Counted from the stretch's first letter, positions 23,701 to 30,390 are shown. The stretch is 30,390 nt of DNA from an uncultured Eubacteriales bacterium (GCA_902796285.1 CADBOH010000050.1:1-30390), one strand, 5' to 3'. Numbers and translations are program-made. The notes: generated by a model from the sequence alone, not told the origin.

Positions 23701-26311
23701 AGAAAATATCAAATGTTGAGTTTCCAGCATCATCACAAACTTCTAGGATATAAAAACCATCGTCAGATCTTACATAACTTGCATTAACTGTCTCTGAAAA
23801 ATCTTTTGTGTTTGTGTATCTATTCCATGTAGATGATATTTTTGTTAAATCAAGCTTATATGCAACAGGCAAAGTATCACTTTCAACAAGGTAGTAAAGC
23901 AAAAGTGAGCGTTCATTGTCGCTTTGAACATTGTAATATTCCGTTTGTTCAAGTGGGATAAATCTTAAGTATCCGTAAGTTGCGGCACCACTCTTTTTAT
24001 TGTCCCATGAGAATATGATAGGGCAGTTTGTATTATAGGAATCAAGTGTTGAACCGATTTTATAAGTTGTGCTTGATGTTGCAGCAACATTTCTTGCATT
24101 TACGCCAGAAATCTCGTTTGTATCGATTGTAAATGTTTTAATGCTAGGATTTTTGGTGTTAGTTGAATAAATCTTTATAGTATAGTTCGCATTTGCATAA
24201 GGCATAGTTTTATCTATAAAAATTCCATACTTGCCAGCAATATTAGCATTATACTGTTGGGCATTAGTTAAATCAGTGTCTTCAAGAGTAGTAGTGTCAA
24301 TTGCTTCAAATTTTTGATATGCAATGCCTATGCCAGAAAGTCTTTTAATATTAATGTTGTTAAAATAGTAATCCCCAGTGTTGTAATTTTTTGCAGAAAC
24401 AAAAATATCAACTTTTGCATCGTAGACGTTGTTTTCTGAGTCATTTAAGATATAAACACTTCTATTAGTATATGTTGAAGTATAAACATCTTCATATTTT
24501 TCATCCAAAATTGTAACTTTTGGAGTTTGACTTGTTACTGTAAAATAGAATATTTGATAATGGAAGTGTGAAGCCTGTGAAGTTCCACTTTCAGATAAAA
24601 ATGCGTCATACTTGTATTGGATGATGTAAACATATGTTCCTGCATCATTTTGATTGAAGCCACCAAAATTTAATTTTTTTGTGTATTGGATATAGTATGT
24701 TCCTTCAGCAAAATTATCCTGTGTTGGTTGTGGATTTGCAACAGAATAAACGCCATTATCATAAATATAGTAGGTTGTGCCATTATTAAAACTTGTAGCT
24801 TCTACAAATCGTTTATCTGGTTCAACATTATATATAAAACTATTTCCTGTTTGTAAGTTTACATTGTTTATAAACTTTATAGGTGTTTGGTTTGTCGAAA
24901 CAGGAGTTATGTTTTGCTCATTAATAAAGTTTAAGACCTTATCCTCTAACTCGTACGCGCTAGTGCTACTTGGATTTTTTGCGTTTAAATTTAGGTCATT
25001 TTTATAGTGATTGTTAAATTGGCTAGTTATATCGGCAGAAAGTTCATATGTGCCATTGTCAAAATTATAAGACTTAAATTCAACTGCTTCAGGTTGATTT
25101 GTTTGTTCATTTATGGTTGAGTAATCAGAAAACTTAGCTTGATAACCATAGATATAAAGCCTTTGATTTTTGTTTTTAAAGTTATTGTTTCCTTCAAGGT
25201 TTTCGAGTGGCAAAACATAAGTTTCTTCATCTTGTCCAAATGTTGCCTTGTAAAGGTATGTAAATGAAATATCGTAAGTACCAATGTTTTTAAAGTAAAC
25301 TGTTACCATTCCGCCGCTCGTGCGAGCAACAATAAACAAATCGTTCTCTTCGATTTCATTGCCATTTGCGTCTTTTTGAACCACATTAGGTTGTGGCATT
25401 GAAGAATATTCAAGTGTTGAATAAAAAGTTTGCTCATCGGCATCAGTGTGACTGATTGAAATTTGATAAACACTTGGATTGTATGTAATTGATGGAAGTG
25501 TGTTTACTTCTCCTGCATATGCATAGTTGTAAAAATAATATCTAGAGAAAGTTGTTGATGAAACAGGGGATTGTTGCAAGTTTGCAGATGGAGTTAAATT
25601 TTGATATCCCGCGCCATCAAAATATGTGCTAGCGTTAAATACCATAAATGTATAGTAAACGCGTCTTTCGATTGAAGTAAATGTTGCTCCGCCATTATCC
25701 GTATAATATGCAATCATAGGGATTACAAGCGTGTAGCAACCCTCATTTGAAAGTGTAACAATTTCGTTGTTGAAATCTTCATTGCCAAGAGCGGTGTTAA
25801 GAGCAAATTTGATGTCAAGTTTAAGAGGTGTGAAATTATAATTTAGTGGTGTAACAGCGTTCTCGTGTGCTTTTGCGTAAGCGGTGATAGATTTGCCTTG
25901 CATTAGGTTTACGCCTTGGGCACCGCTTTCAATTTGTTCATTTGTTAAGTTATAATAAAGAGAGAGTGAATTTTGAAAATCGAAGTAATAGTATTCTTCA
26001 AGATTTGTTTCGTCTGGGACGAAAGCATAATTTTTATTATTACCCTCTGGAATTTCATGATCACCTATTTCAAGGTTAACATTGCTTCCAGTTTGAAACA
26101 GATAGGTTGTGTTGCCAACATGACCAACATTTTCACCAGTGGTGATTTTTACATAATCTGGCAAGTCGTTTGTGATAGTATCATATTGAGCAAAGTCGGC
26201 ACTAGAATACTCATTTTTATTTTGTGATCCAAACAAAAACCCGGCAGCGCATGTGCCAAGGAATATGAATGAAAGTAATAACGCACTAAATATTTTTTTA
26301 AACTTTTTCAT
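17789..26311 (-). CDS. Giant (2840 aa) cell-surface protein: signal peptide, many probable Ig/beta-sandwich domains, C-terminal TM anchor and basic tail
   Basis: N-terminus MKKFKKIFSALLLSFIFLGTCAAGFLFG. Tyr/Asn/Thr-rich body with recurrent G-x-Y-x-hydrophobic strands (e.g. DGFYILEV, EGSYRIYL, PGKYVIE, AGSYRLRL, PGYYSVTF, TGTYFIQL). C-terminus EPLNAFAIIAIVIAVAVAGAIVFITIRLRKRQKTK. RBS GAGAGG. Confidence 0.9.
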   Translation of the reverse strand: MKKFKKIFSALLLSFIFLGTCAAGFLFGSQNKNEYSSADFAQYDTITNDLPDYVKITTGENVGHVGNTTYLFQTGSNVNLEIGDHEIPEGNNKNYAFVPDETNLEEYYYFDFQNSLSLYYNLTNEQIESGAQGVNLMQGKSITAYAKAHENAVTPLNYNFTPLKLDIKFALNTALGNEDFNNEIVTLSNEGCYTLVIPMIAYYTDNGGATFTSIERRVYYTFMVFNASTYFDGAGYQNLTPSANLQQSPVSSTTFSRYYFYNYAYAGEVNTLPSITYNPSVYQISISHTDADEQTFYSTLEYSSMPQPNVVQKDANGNEIEENDLFIVARTSGGMVTVYFKNIGTYDISFTYLYKATFGQDEETYVLPLENLEGNNNFKNKNQRLYIYGYQAKFSDYSTINEQTNQPEAVEFKSYNFDNGTYELSADITSQFNNHYKNDLNLNAKNPSSTSAYELEDKVLNFINEQNITPVSTNQTPIKFINNVNLQTGNSFIYNVEPDKRFVEATSFNNGTTYYIYDNGVYSVANPQPTQDNFAEGTYYIQYTKKLNFGGFNQNDAGTYVYIIQYKYDAFLSESGTSQASHFHYQIFYFTVTSQTPKVTILDEKYEDVYTSTYTNRSVYILNDSENNVYDAKVDIFVSAKNYNTGDYYFNNINIKRLSGIGIAYQKFEAIDTTTLEDTDLTNAQQYNANIAGKYGIFIDKTMPYANANYTIKIYSTNTKNPSIKTFTIDTNEISGVNARNVAATSSTTYKIGSTLDSYNTNCPIIFSWDNKKSGAATYGYLRFIPLEQTEYYNVQSDNERSLLLYYLVESDTLPVAYKLDLTKISSTWNRYTNTKDFSETVNASYVRSDDGFYILEVCDDAGNSTFDIFLLEKTSPIFVYNSVTTSDDFRRLMQSSEMIAVPEEDTSISIEWAKNKAIYLNNFDNTQINELSAYQYSKDADLASAKLRAALNEFFDVNTNANLKTYDNLAGFDKAGLTYNGTYLTIAIDNSAFIKSANPAESALENGGFVNASKYEITFIDENDTAIEGSYRIYLRDDSNNKLLDEEESIRFKNASSGYVSFVVTSDKSKMLIKYTSDEAYLDFANFSLTGSLYKNTYVATNVSDQDQLDDGVYYTFATTEDSTPVANKLYYKKASDNKYVEEVNLTEFDGATYYEKTKATEYNAGSRYFVADKTNGETYSYTGDEEEKLGIAYKFAYYTPINTKNQITLSFTPHPQGKDELIDTIVLKYYPFEKTSTNGYYTIGKNVERTINIYPTSSVVAEGEEVLFPISFGGDNLPKPGKYVIERNYKQNVQVDQYDYFRRTITFIVDEFGLITPLETISVDDQSSLASIVGRDIALSFYNDKNAIEISFPELLANSLIQGSFYTKDSFDANDENPAIAVEGNKLPLKLFIPQYKFTMGPGKQGSQYNVNYQNILSRYGNAQVIDGDVYVEGIKVSNVNSIQSYLRRASIQAYEIYARITVLKSNNQNKNEVVARYVSNGTTSNGYLNFYPADERFVTTSNEPAQLFSQPGDYFVTLYQDNVVGSESKFYSFYKFGFRILENEPSFDILNEDGYTLKGPSNNEFYTNSKVVRIQWQDPQNKYQAKIDENEIYISGQKFTGTINESGNLKYFDYDCSNLIENQGQITVQMQYEGFNSSYYNKVIKTIHFDISAPIKNLQSLMTLTENATENIFTKAYQQINMRTYKDYKNEDVQATAKTNFDNNFKLSYSYSVETSTFKYFSYNVTRNYFNTTLKSTYDNRTQRPNDTQFIYFREIQLNNYQQVKKDSFSKNNYQSMEQFNENRIIDGSYYEIVELDYADNMVVYVVRVINDTANNAAISYTNNNLQLKTEDEKYVNIYDSEIYNGYNLYSTSGLTLKNTENNYMSDPWQLYTFTRYGSTSVRYMHSPWLENNQIYRISLPSLQASIVNMSDIFSEVSSSGNKHSLVMTDRTTGTSKNIYISVMDANLTTRKVNDALVINVPSQDQVTSTTTTYVYPVRIVIEKAEGSNWAPIMDASQVTYGTWTPTTEYADNLSYITFDQTSSDLTVKVNVGNTSDKFKYTITDNFGKTSTVILLVGEVEYNEITGSNIYSLTESNGDITYISRNAINFSYNTLLYDVELYDKDNNLVTTITPQIDSRTKITSYTFAPTGENYDDLYKIVVKAIEDSVVIKTLRVRLYHKLPFYTATRDDISNGGILFADKNNDAINSASNIPSKTVIYEGKEYTSQAKNITTYSQNVTLFYPNGDFGRESINRYDDQYGFTVFLSRDNGLTWENINSVNSDASGYTISGTGEYIVFIKYNTDEIFNEVFSIYDLTILDSSASFYYITVDGVRIEKSDMKYVEKSVTYETNYIVGIDYDDKSRLEIVCNQELGVKISPPTLGENTGTNVVVEIYKYSCAISEGYFTIIYINVNPNDSIVSLFTYETSSGATNSLKSSTSEFVVANKETESNFDKIKLNFTSYYGIKQNKIVIGVQKLFEGEFVDIYPTVYDNGDTSYVYLTRAGSYRLRLTDSCKPEPHVQYFKTSDYVDLVFLNSTPITVTYVNTDGDEVTTEFVQKAVYNSSVKISLNNLTTYYQPSGYPVIKVTKNGVEYGKGTGGYTESNNQYTFTEPGYYSVTFSATSTTGIPIREDAFNFTIINKNESRYAYEFTNYNKYYVVKVVKDDVDITDELREISNFDVITVNNKQYMTQLLINFLDEKTGGGRYRVSISPNDESYVNTIGETFTFDFWINMANPPIKVSLAEGEKTSGNITVTFNTRNLYNAVGDCYLIVGGTTKYYTSENIASYGEIETITLASTGTYFIQLYTSGGHLLYSYKVTKTEPLNAFAIIAIVIAVAVAGAIVFITIRLRKRQKTK

Positions 26312-26498
26312 AAAACACCTCTCATTGTTTTAATTAGTTAATTAGATTTTACCATAGTGACAAAAAAAAACAAAATAATTTTAAGCACATATAATAAAAT
26401 ATTATAATATTAATATACTCAATATGACTACTTTTAATCAACAAAAGAAAAATTAAACCATAAGCCAAAAAAGTTCATATAAATTAAAAGGAGGGGTT

Positions 26499-27584
26499 AT
26501 GAAAACGCTTTCTTTATGCATGATTGTTAGAGACGAAGAAAAAAATCTTGATGAGTGCCTTAGGTGCTGCCAAGAATTTTGTGATGAGATTGTAATTGTT
26601 GATACTGGCTCAAAGGATAAAACAAAAATCATTGCTCAAAAATACACAGAAAATGTTTATGATTTTGAGTGGGTTGATGATTTTTCCAGGGCAAGAAATT
26701 ATTCTTTTGATAAAGCAACGAAGGAATATATCATGTGGCTTGATGGTGATGATTTTTTAACCCGTGATACAATTGAAGAAATAATAAAGTGGAAAAATTC
26801 TGGGGAGGATTGTGATGTACTCATGTGCAGGTATGTTGCGGGCTATAAAAAGGATTTAACACCAACATTTGAATACTATCGCGAAAGGATTGTAAAAAAT
26901 ACTCCACAGTTAAGATGGAAGGATGCAGTGCATGAGGTTATTGTGCCAGTTGGCAAGGTGATAACAAATAGCAAAATTGCAGTTTACCATAACAAAAGAG
27001 AGAAAAAATATAGTGATAGAAATTTAAATATATACCTTAAGCTTTTGGCAGATGGCGTTAAGTTGTCACCAAGAGGGCAATTTTACTATGCGCGTGAATT
27101 ATATTTTCTTGGAAAAACACAAGAAGCAATTCATGAATTTTCAAAGTTTCTCGCAGATGATAAGGGATGGAGCGAAAATAAGATCGAGGCATGCCTTAAC
27201 CTTGCAAAATGTTACGAGATTGTTGGGCAATATTCAAATGCAATGTCATCTTTGTATGGCTCATTTAGTTATGATGATCCAAGAGGGGAGATAATCTATG
27301 AGATTGGCAATGTTTTCATGATTGAAGGAAAGTATGACCGCGCAATCTTTTGGTTAAAACTTGCGTTAACTCTTTCTCCAAATTTGCAAAGTGGGGGATT
27401 TATAAATCAAGATTGCTACAACTTTTTGCCCGCTTTGCAACTATGTGTTTGCTATGATAAATTAGGCGATTATTTAGAGGCATATAAATATCATTTAATT
27501 GCAGAAAAATTTTATCCAGAAGATAAAAGCGTTTTGCAAAATAAAAAATATTTTGATGCAATTTTAAAAAATAAAAATATATAA
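26499..27584 (+). CDS. Family 2 glycosyltransferase with C-terminal TPR repeats
   Basis: SLCMIVRDEE, IVDTGSKD, FSRARNYSF and WLDGDD (DxD-like), followed by helical TPR-like repeats (FYYARELYFLGK, CLNLAKCY, IYEIGNVF). RBS AAGGAGG. Confidence 0.9.
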   Translation: MKTLSLCMIVRDEEKNLDECLRCCQEFCDEIVIVDTGSKDKTKIIAQKYTENVYDFEWVDDFSRARNYSFDKATKEYIMWLDGDDFLTRDTIEEIIKWKNSGEDCDVLMCRYVAGYKKDLTPTFEYYRERIVKNTPQLRWKDAVHEVIVPVGKVITNSKIAVYHNKREKKYSDRNLNIYLKLLADGVKLSPRGQFYYARELYFLGKTQEAIHEFSKFLADDKGWSENKIEACLNLAKCYEIVGQYSNAMSSLYGSFSYDDPRGEIIYEIGNVFMIEGKYDRAIFWLKLALTLSPNLQSGGFINQDCYNFLPALQLCVCYDKLGDYLEAYKYHLIAEKFYPEDKSVLQNKKYFDAILKNKNI

Positions 27585-27657
27585 ATGGCAAATAATTAAA
27601 AAACCTATGTTCCTTTGAAATAAAGGGGTTAAATATAATAAAAATTTATTAAAATAC

Positions 27658-27688
27658 AAAAAAATAGGCATTTTTTGCCTATTTTTTT
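27658..27688. terminator. Bidirectional terminator between the converging glycosyltransferase and hydrolase genes
   Basis: AAAAAAATAGGCA-TTTTT-TGCCTATTTTTTT. Confidence 0.8.
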
Positions 27689-28613
27689 ATTTTAATTTAA
27701 AGCCATCAAATTCGTGCAATTTTTCATCCAAAATACTTAAAAATTTTGGTCTATCAACAGCAACAGTAAGTTTGATATGTCCGTTTTTATCATAGTCGGC
27801 AATGGTTTTTCCAGTTACAACATCTACATTTAAACTGATTGTTTCCGTTTTAAAAAGTTCTGGGTGAATAAGATACATATATGCACAAGTATCGTTTGTT
27901 GCAACTCTTTTATCTTTATAACCTGGCTCCCAATATTTTGAATACATTTGATATAAGAAATTGCCAACTTCATTTGTGTCGCGCATCTTATAAACGTAAT
28001 CTTCTTCAAGGTGAGCCTTATCTCTACCCATATCACTTGGTACCATCACGAGAGGTATTCCACTTTCTGTAACAATTTTAAATGCAACTGGGTCAGATGA
28101 AACATTAAATGAAATGTGGGCAGGAAAACCTGGCATACCATAAGGTGCTCCACCCATAAAAATAATCATTGGGATTTTTTTAATAATGTCTGGGTGTGCT
28201 TGAAACAACATTCCATAATTTGTGTGAGGGCCAAGCAAAAGTGGGATAATGTCGCCATCTCCTTCACTTAATACTTTATAGATTTCTTCAACAGCGTTTT
28301 CACTAACAAGCTTGTGCTTTACTTGTGAAATGTGTGGAGGAATATATCCGCCCATACCTTCTTCCATGTGGATAAACTCAGCAGTTGGGCTTATTCTATC
28401 TGTTGCCTGAGTGGCGCCTTTTGCAACTTTGATGTCTTTGTCAAACTTATCAAGCAGGTGAAGAATATTTCTTGTGCTTGTGTTTACTCTAACATTGCCC
28501 ACAACAGTTGTAATAAGTTTTATGTCAAGCATTTTATCAAAAATGGCATAAACTAAGCAAGCTGCATCATCTACGCCAGGGTCTGTATCAATAATAACTT
28601 TTATCTTTTTCAT
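27687..28613 (-). CDS. Inosine/uridine-preferring nucleoside hydrolase family protein (RihC-like) with atypical active site, 308 aa
   Basis: IIDTDPGVDDA, VGNV, GPHTN, FMGG and FN..DP motifs. Start moved to ATG 28613 (AAAGGA 9 nt upstream). Confidence 0.88.
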   Translation of the reverse strand: MKKIKVIIDTDPGVDDAACLVYAIFDKMLDIKLITTVVGNVRVNTSTRNILHLLDKFDKDIKVAKGATQATDRISPTAEFIHMEEGMGGYIPPHISQVKHKLVSENAVEEIYKVLSEGDGDIIPLLLGPHTNYGMLFQAHPDIIKKIPMIIFMGGAPYGMPGFPAHISFNVSSDPVAFKIVTESGIPLVMVPSDMGRDKAHLEEDYVYKMRDTNEVGNFLYQMYSKYWEPGYKDKRVATNDTCAYMYLIHPELFKTETISLNVDVVTGKTIADYDKNGHIKLTVAVDRPKFLSILDEKLHEFDGFKLK

Positions 28614-28657
28614 AGTGGCTATTCCTTTTAGCATTAAATTTGATTTGTAGTTTTTGC

Positions 28658-29323
28658 TTATTTGTTTTCTTCATCCTTTGATTTATTATCTAAAAACTTA
28701 ATTAGTTTTGTTATGGCTGGGATTAAAAGCCCACCAACACAGTTTCCAAGAGTAATCATAAGTAGATAGCCAATCATTTTCCAACTCCAAGCGCCAGCAA
28801 TGAAGAAGTAAAACATGTCAGCAACGCAGTGTTCAAATCCGCAAAGAACAAACACTGAAACGCCAAATATAAGGGCGAGAGTTTTTGCAATAATGTTGTC
28901 AAAATTTTTGTATCCATAAACAGCAAGGTAAATAAGAATGTTACACATAATAGCAAGCAAAAATATGCTTAGTAAGTTGTCGTTTAACTTTGTTTCAACA
29001 AGTACTTGGTTTGCATCAATTACAGATGTGAGCCTCGTGCCTTTAATGAGAAGCGAGGTGAGTAGTGTTCCAGCAAAATTGCCAATCCATGTTAGAGCCA
29101 AAACACCTAAATATGAGGGCTTGTTATCAAGCGCATAACATACCTTGCCGGTGAAGAGGTTGAAATTGAAATTTAATATCATAAATAGGCCGATTACAAA
29201 GAATAGTGAGCCTACTATTTTGTTGCCAGAAGACAAAAAAGCTATACAGCCAATTGATATTGAAACTCCTGCGAGCACACCAAGAATAAACTCCTTTAAG
29301 CCCTTAGCAAAAACCTTCTTCAT
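28658..29323 (-). CDS. Formate/nitrite transporter (FNT) family channel, short form, 221 aa
   Basis: About six hydrophobic helices with LFTG, WIGNFAG and GFEHCVADM motifs. Start moved to ATG 29323 (GAGGTG RBS). Confidence 0.9.
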   Translation of the reverse strand: MKKVFAKGLKEFILGVLAGVSISIGCIAFLSSGNKIVGSLFFVIGLFMILNFNFNLFTGKVCYALDNKPSYLGVLALTWIGNFAGTLLTSLLIKGTRLTSVIDANQVLVETKLNDNLLSIFLLAIMCNILIYLAVYGYKNFDNIIAKTLALIFGVSVFVLCGFEHCVADMFYFFIAGAWSWKMIGYLLMITLGNCVGGLLIPAITKLIKFLDNKSKDEENK

Positions 29324-29349
29324 TTGCACCTCATTTGTATAACAAATAT

Positions 29350-29378
29350 ATTATAATAGAAAATGAAAAATAATGCAA
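29350..29378 (-). promoter_or_regulatory. Sigma-A promoter of the FNT-hydrolase unit
   Basis: Minus strand TTGCAT-17 nt-TATAAT. Confidence 0.65.
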
Positions 29379-29386
29379 TCATCTTG

Positions 29387-29415
29387 TTGTAAAAAATAAA
29401 AAAGTTTGTTAGAAT
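29387..29415 (+). promoter_or_regulatory. Sigma-A promoter of ppa
   Basis: TTGTAA-17 nt-TAGAAT with extended -10 TG. Confidence 0.6.
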
Positions 29416-29434
29416 ATAGTGCAAGAGGTGAAAA

Positions 29435-29971
29435 ATGAATATTTGGAAGGATATTAGAAAGGAAAGGATCACGCCAACAGATTTTATTGCTTGTATTGAA
29501 ATACAAAAGGGCGATAAAACGAAGTATGAACTTGACAAAGAAACGGGCAGACTTATTATGGATCGTGTTCTTTACACATCAACCAATTATCCAATGAATT
29601 ATGGATTTATTCCACTTACATATTGTGGTGATAATGACCCACTTGACGTTTTTGTGTTATGTAGTGAGCCACTTGACCGCATGTGCCTTGTTAGATGTTA
29701 TCCAATAGGTGTTGTAATTATGACAGATAGAGAGGAGAGAGATGAAAAAATCATCGCAATCCCATTTGGGGATCCGCAATATAATAGTTACAAGGATATT
29801 TCAGAACTTCCAAAACATATTTTTGATGAACTTATGCACTTTTTAACTGTTTACAAACAACTTGAAAATAAGCCTGTTGACGTGAGCGAACTTGGCAATA
29901 AAGACAGGGCAGTTGAGATCATAGAAGAATGCATGAACGGATATGAAAAACTTATAAAAAAAGAGGAATAA
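29435..29971 (+). CDS. ppa: Inorganic pyrophosphatase, family I
   Basis: KYELDKETG, DRVLY, YPMNYGFIP, DNDPLDV, DEKIIA and YKQLE motifs. Confidence 0.95.
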   Translation: MNIWKDIRKERITPTDFIACIEIQKGDKTKYELDKETGRLIMDRVLYTSTNYPMNYGFIPLTYCGDNDPLDVFVLCSEPLDRMCLVRCYPIGVVIMTDREERDEKIIAIPFGDPQYNSYKDISELPKHIFDELMHFLTVYKQLENKPVDVSELGNKDRAVEIIEECMNGYEKLIKKEE

Positions 29972-29998
29972 TTTGATTTTTCAGATTATTCCTTTTTT
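29964..29998. terminator. Bidirectional terminator between ppa and the collagen-like gene
   Basis: AGGAATAATTTG-loop-CAGATTATTCCT followed by a T tract. Confidence 0.7.
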
Positions 29999-30000
29999 GT

Positions 30001-30390
30001 TTATTTTGTTGTTGCAACCCCAGTTGGTAAAACTAGATTTAAAACAAAATTTGGCGCAGTTCCCGTAATACTTGCATCGGCGGTATCTCCGGTTGTAACA
30101 CTTCCAATTGTTAGCGTAGGGGTTAAACCATCCGCACCAGTAGCACCGGTTGCACCAGTAGCACCAGTTGCACCAGTAGGTCCAGTTGCTCCAACTTCTC
30201 CGGCAGGTCCAGTAGCACCAGTAGGCCCAATCAAACCATCTGCGCCAGTAGGTCCAGTTGCACCAGTAGGGCCGGTTGCCCCAGTAGCACCAGTAGGTCC
30301 AGTTGCACCAGTAGGGCCAACGGGGCCAATACTACCAGTAGGGCCAACAGGGCCAGCAGGACCGGCAGGGCCAGTAGGCCCAGTTACTCC
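30001..30390 (-). CDS. Collagen-like protein, 3' portion only (start lies beyond the window)
   Basis: The frame is open from the window edge to TAA at 30001: 30 consecutive Gly-X-Y triplets, then a 39-aa tail [39 protein letters not shown]. Confidence 0.9.
   Translation of the reverse strand, partial: GVTGPTGPAGPAGPVGPTGSIGPVGPTGATGPTGATGATGPTGATGPTGADGLIGPTGATGPAGEVGATGPTGATGATGATGATGADGLTPTLTIGSVTTGDTADASITGTAPNFVLNLVLPTGVATTK
30121..30390 (-). repeat. Gly-X-Y collagen repeat (GPT/GAT-rich), 9-nt periodic DNA
   Basis: Manual translation gives 30 uninterrupted triplets, 20 of them with Thr in the Y position. Confidence 0.95.

Noticed and set aside
26249-26260. Possible lipobox LGTC in the giant protein's signal peptide
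   Set aside because: Thr at -1 and Gly at -2 do not fit the L-[AS]-[GA]-C consensus; a standard signal peptide or signal anchor is more likely.
5068-26311. Giant genes as part of a mobile island or prophage
   Set aside because: No integrase, transposase, phage genes, att-like direct repeats or obvious compositional break are visible; both genes have native-looking promoters and terminators.
462-29538. The many 60-113 aa alternative-frame and antisense ORFs in the track (e.g. 909-1109, 5108-5413, 9132-9425, 10937-11278, 15494-15706, 17745-17951)
   Set aside because: They overlap well-supported genes (or terminators and promoters), lack RBS or recognisable motifs, and their composition mirrors the real gene's codon bias.
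30001-30234. 77-aa ORF starting at TTG 30234
   Set aside because: The frame stays open to the window edge; this is the 3' part of a longer collagen-like gene.
30121-30390. Periodic DNA as a CRISPR array or non-coding satellite
   Set aside because: The 9-nt period with synonymous variation is fully explained by Gly-X-Y coding; there is no repeat-spacer structure.

Overview
AT-rich chromosomal segment, most likely from a Firmicute of class Clostridia (inferred from sigH, Mini-III RNase, single-TM SecE and zinc-type L33). Two housekeeping blocks: ychF-mrnC-rlmB-sigH-metG on the minus strand, and secA, an orphan hicB-like gene and rpmG-secE-nusG-rplK-rplA on the plus strand. Two giant uncharacterised membrane-protein genes interrupt them. 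The first (~2237 aa) has BspA-type LRRs, a poly-Pro tract, a hydrophobic hairpin and a long helical C-terminus, but no signal peptide. The second (2840 aa) has a signal peptide, a beta-rich Ig-like body and a C-terminal anchor. The right end carries a GT2-TPR glycosyltransferase, an FNT channel plus an atypical nucleoside hydrolase, a family I pyrophosphatase and the 3' end of a Thr-rich collagen-like gene that runs off the window. I recognised no rRNA, tRNA, CRISPR array, transposase or integrase. Best candidates for new biology: the LRR/hairpin giant, the giant surface protein with its GT2-TPR/collagen neighbourhood, the MetRS with degenerate signature motifs and the nucleoside hydrolase with altered catalytic residues. 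All family assignments come from motif recognition by eye; no searches were run.
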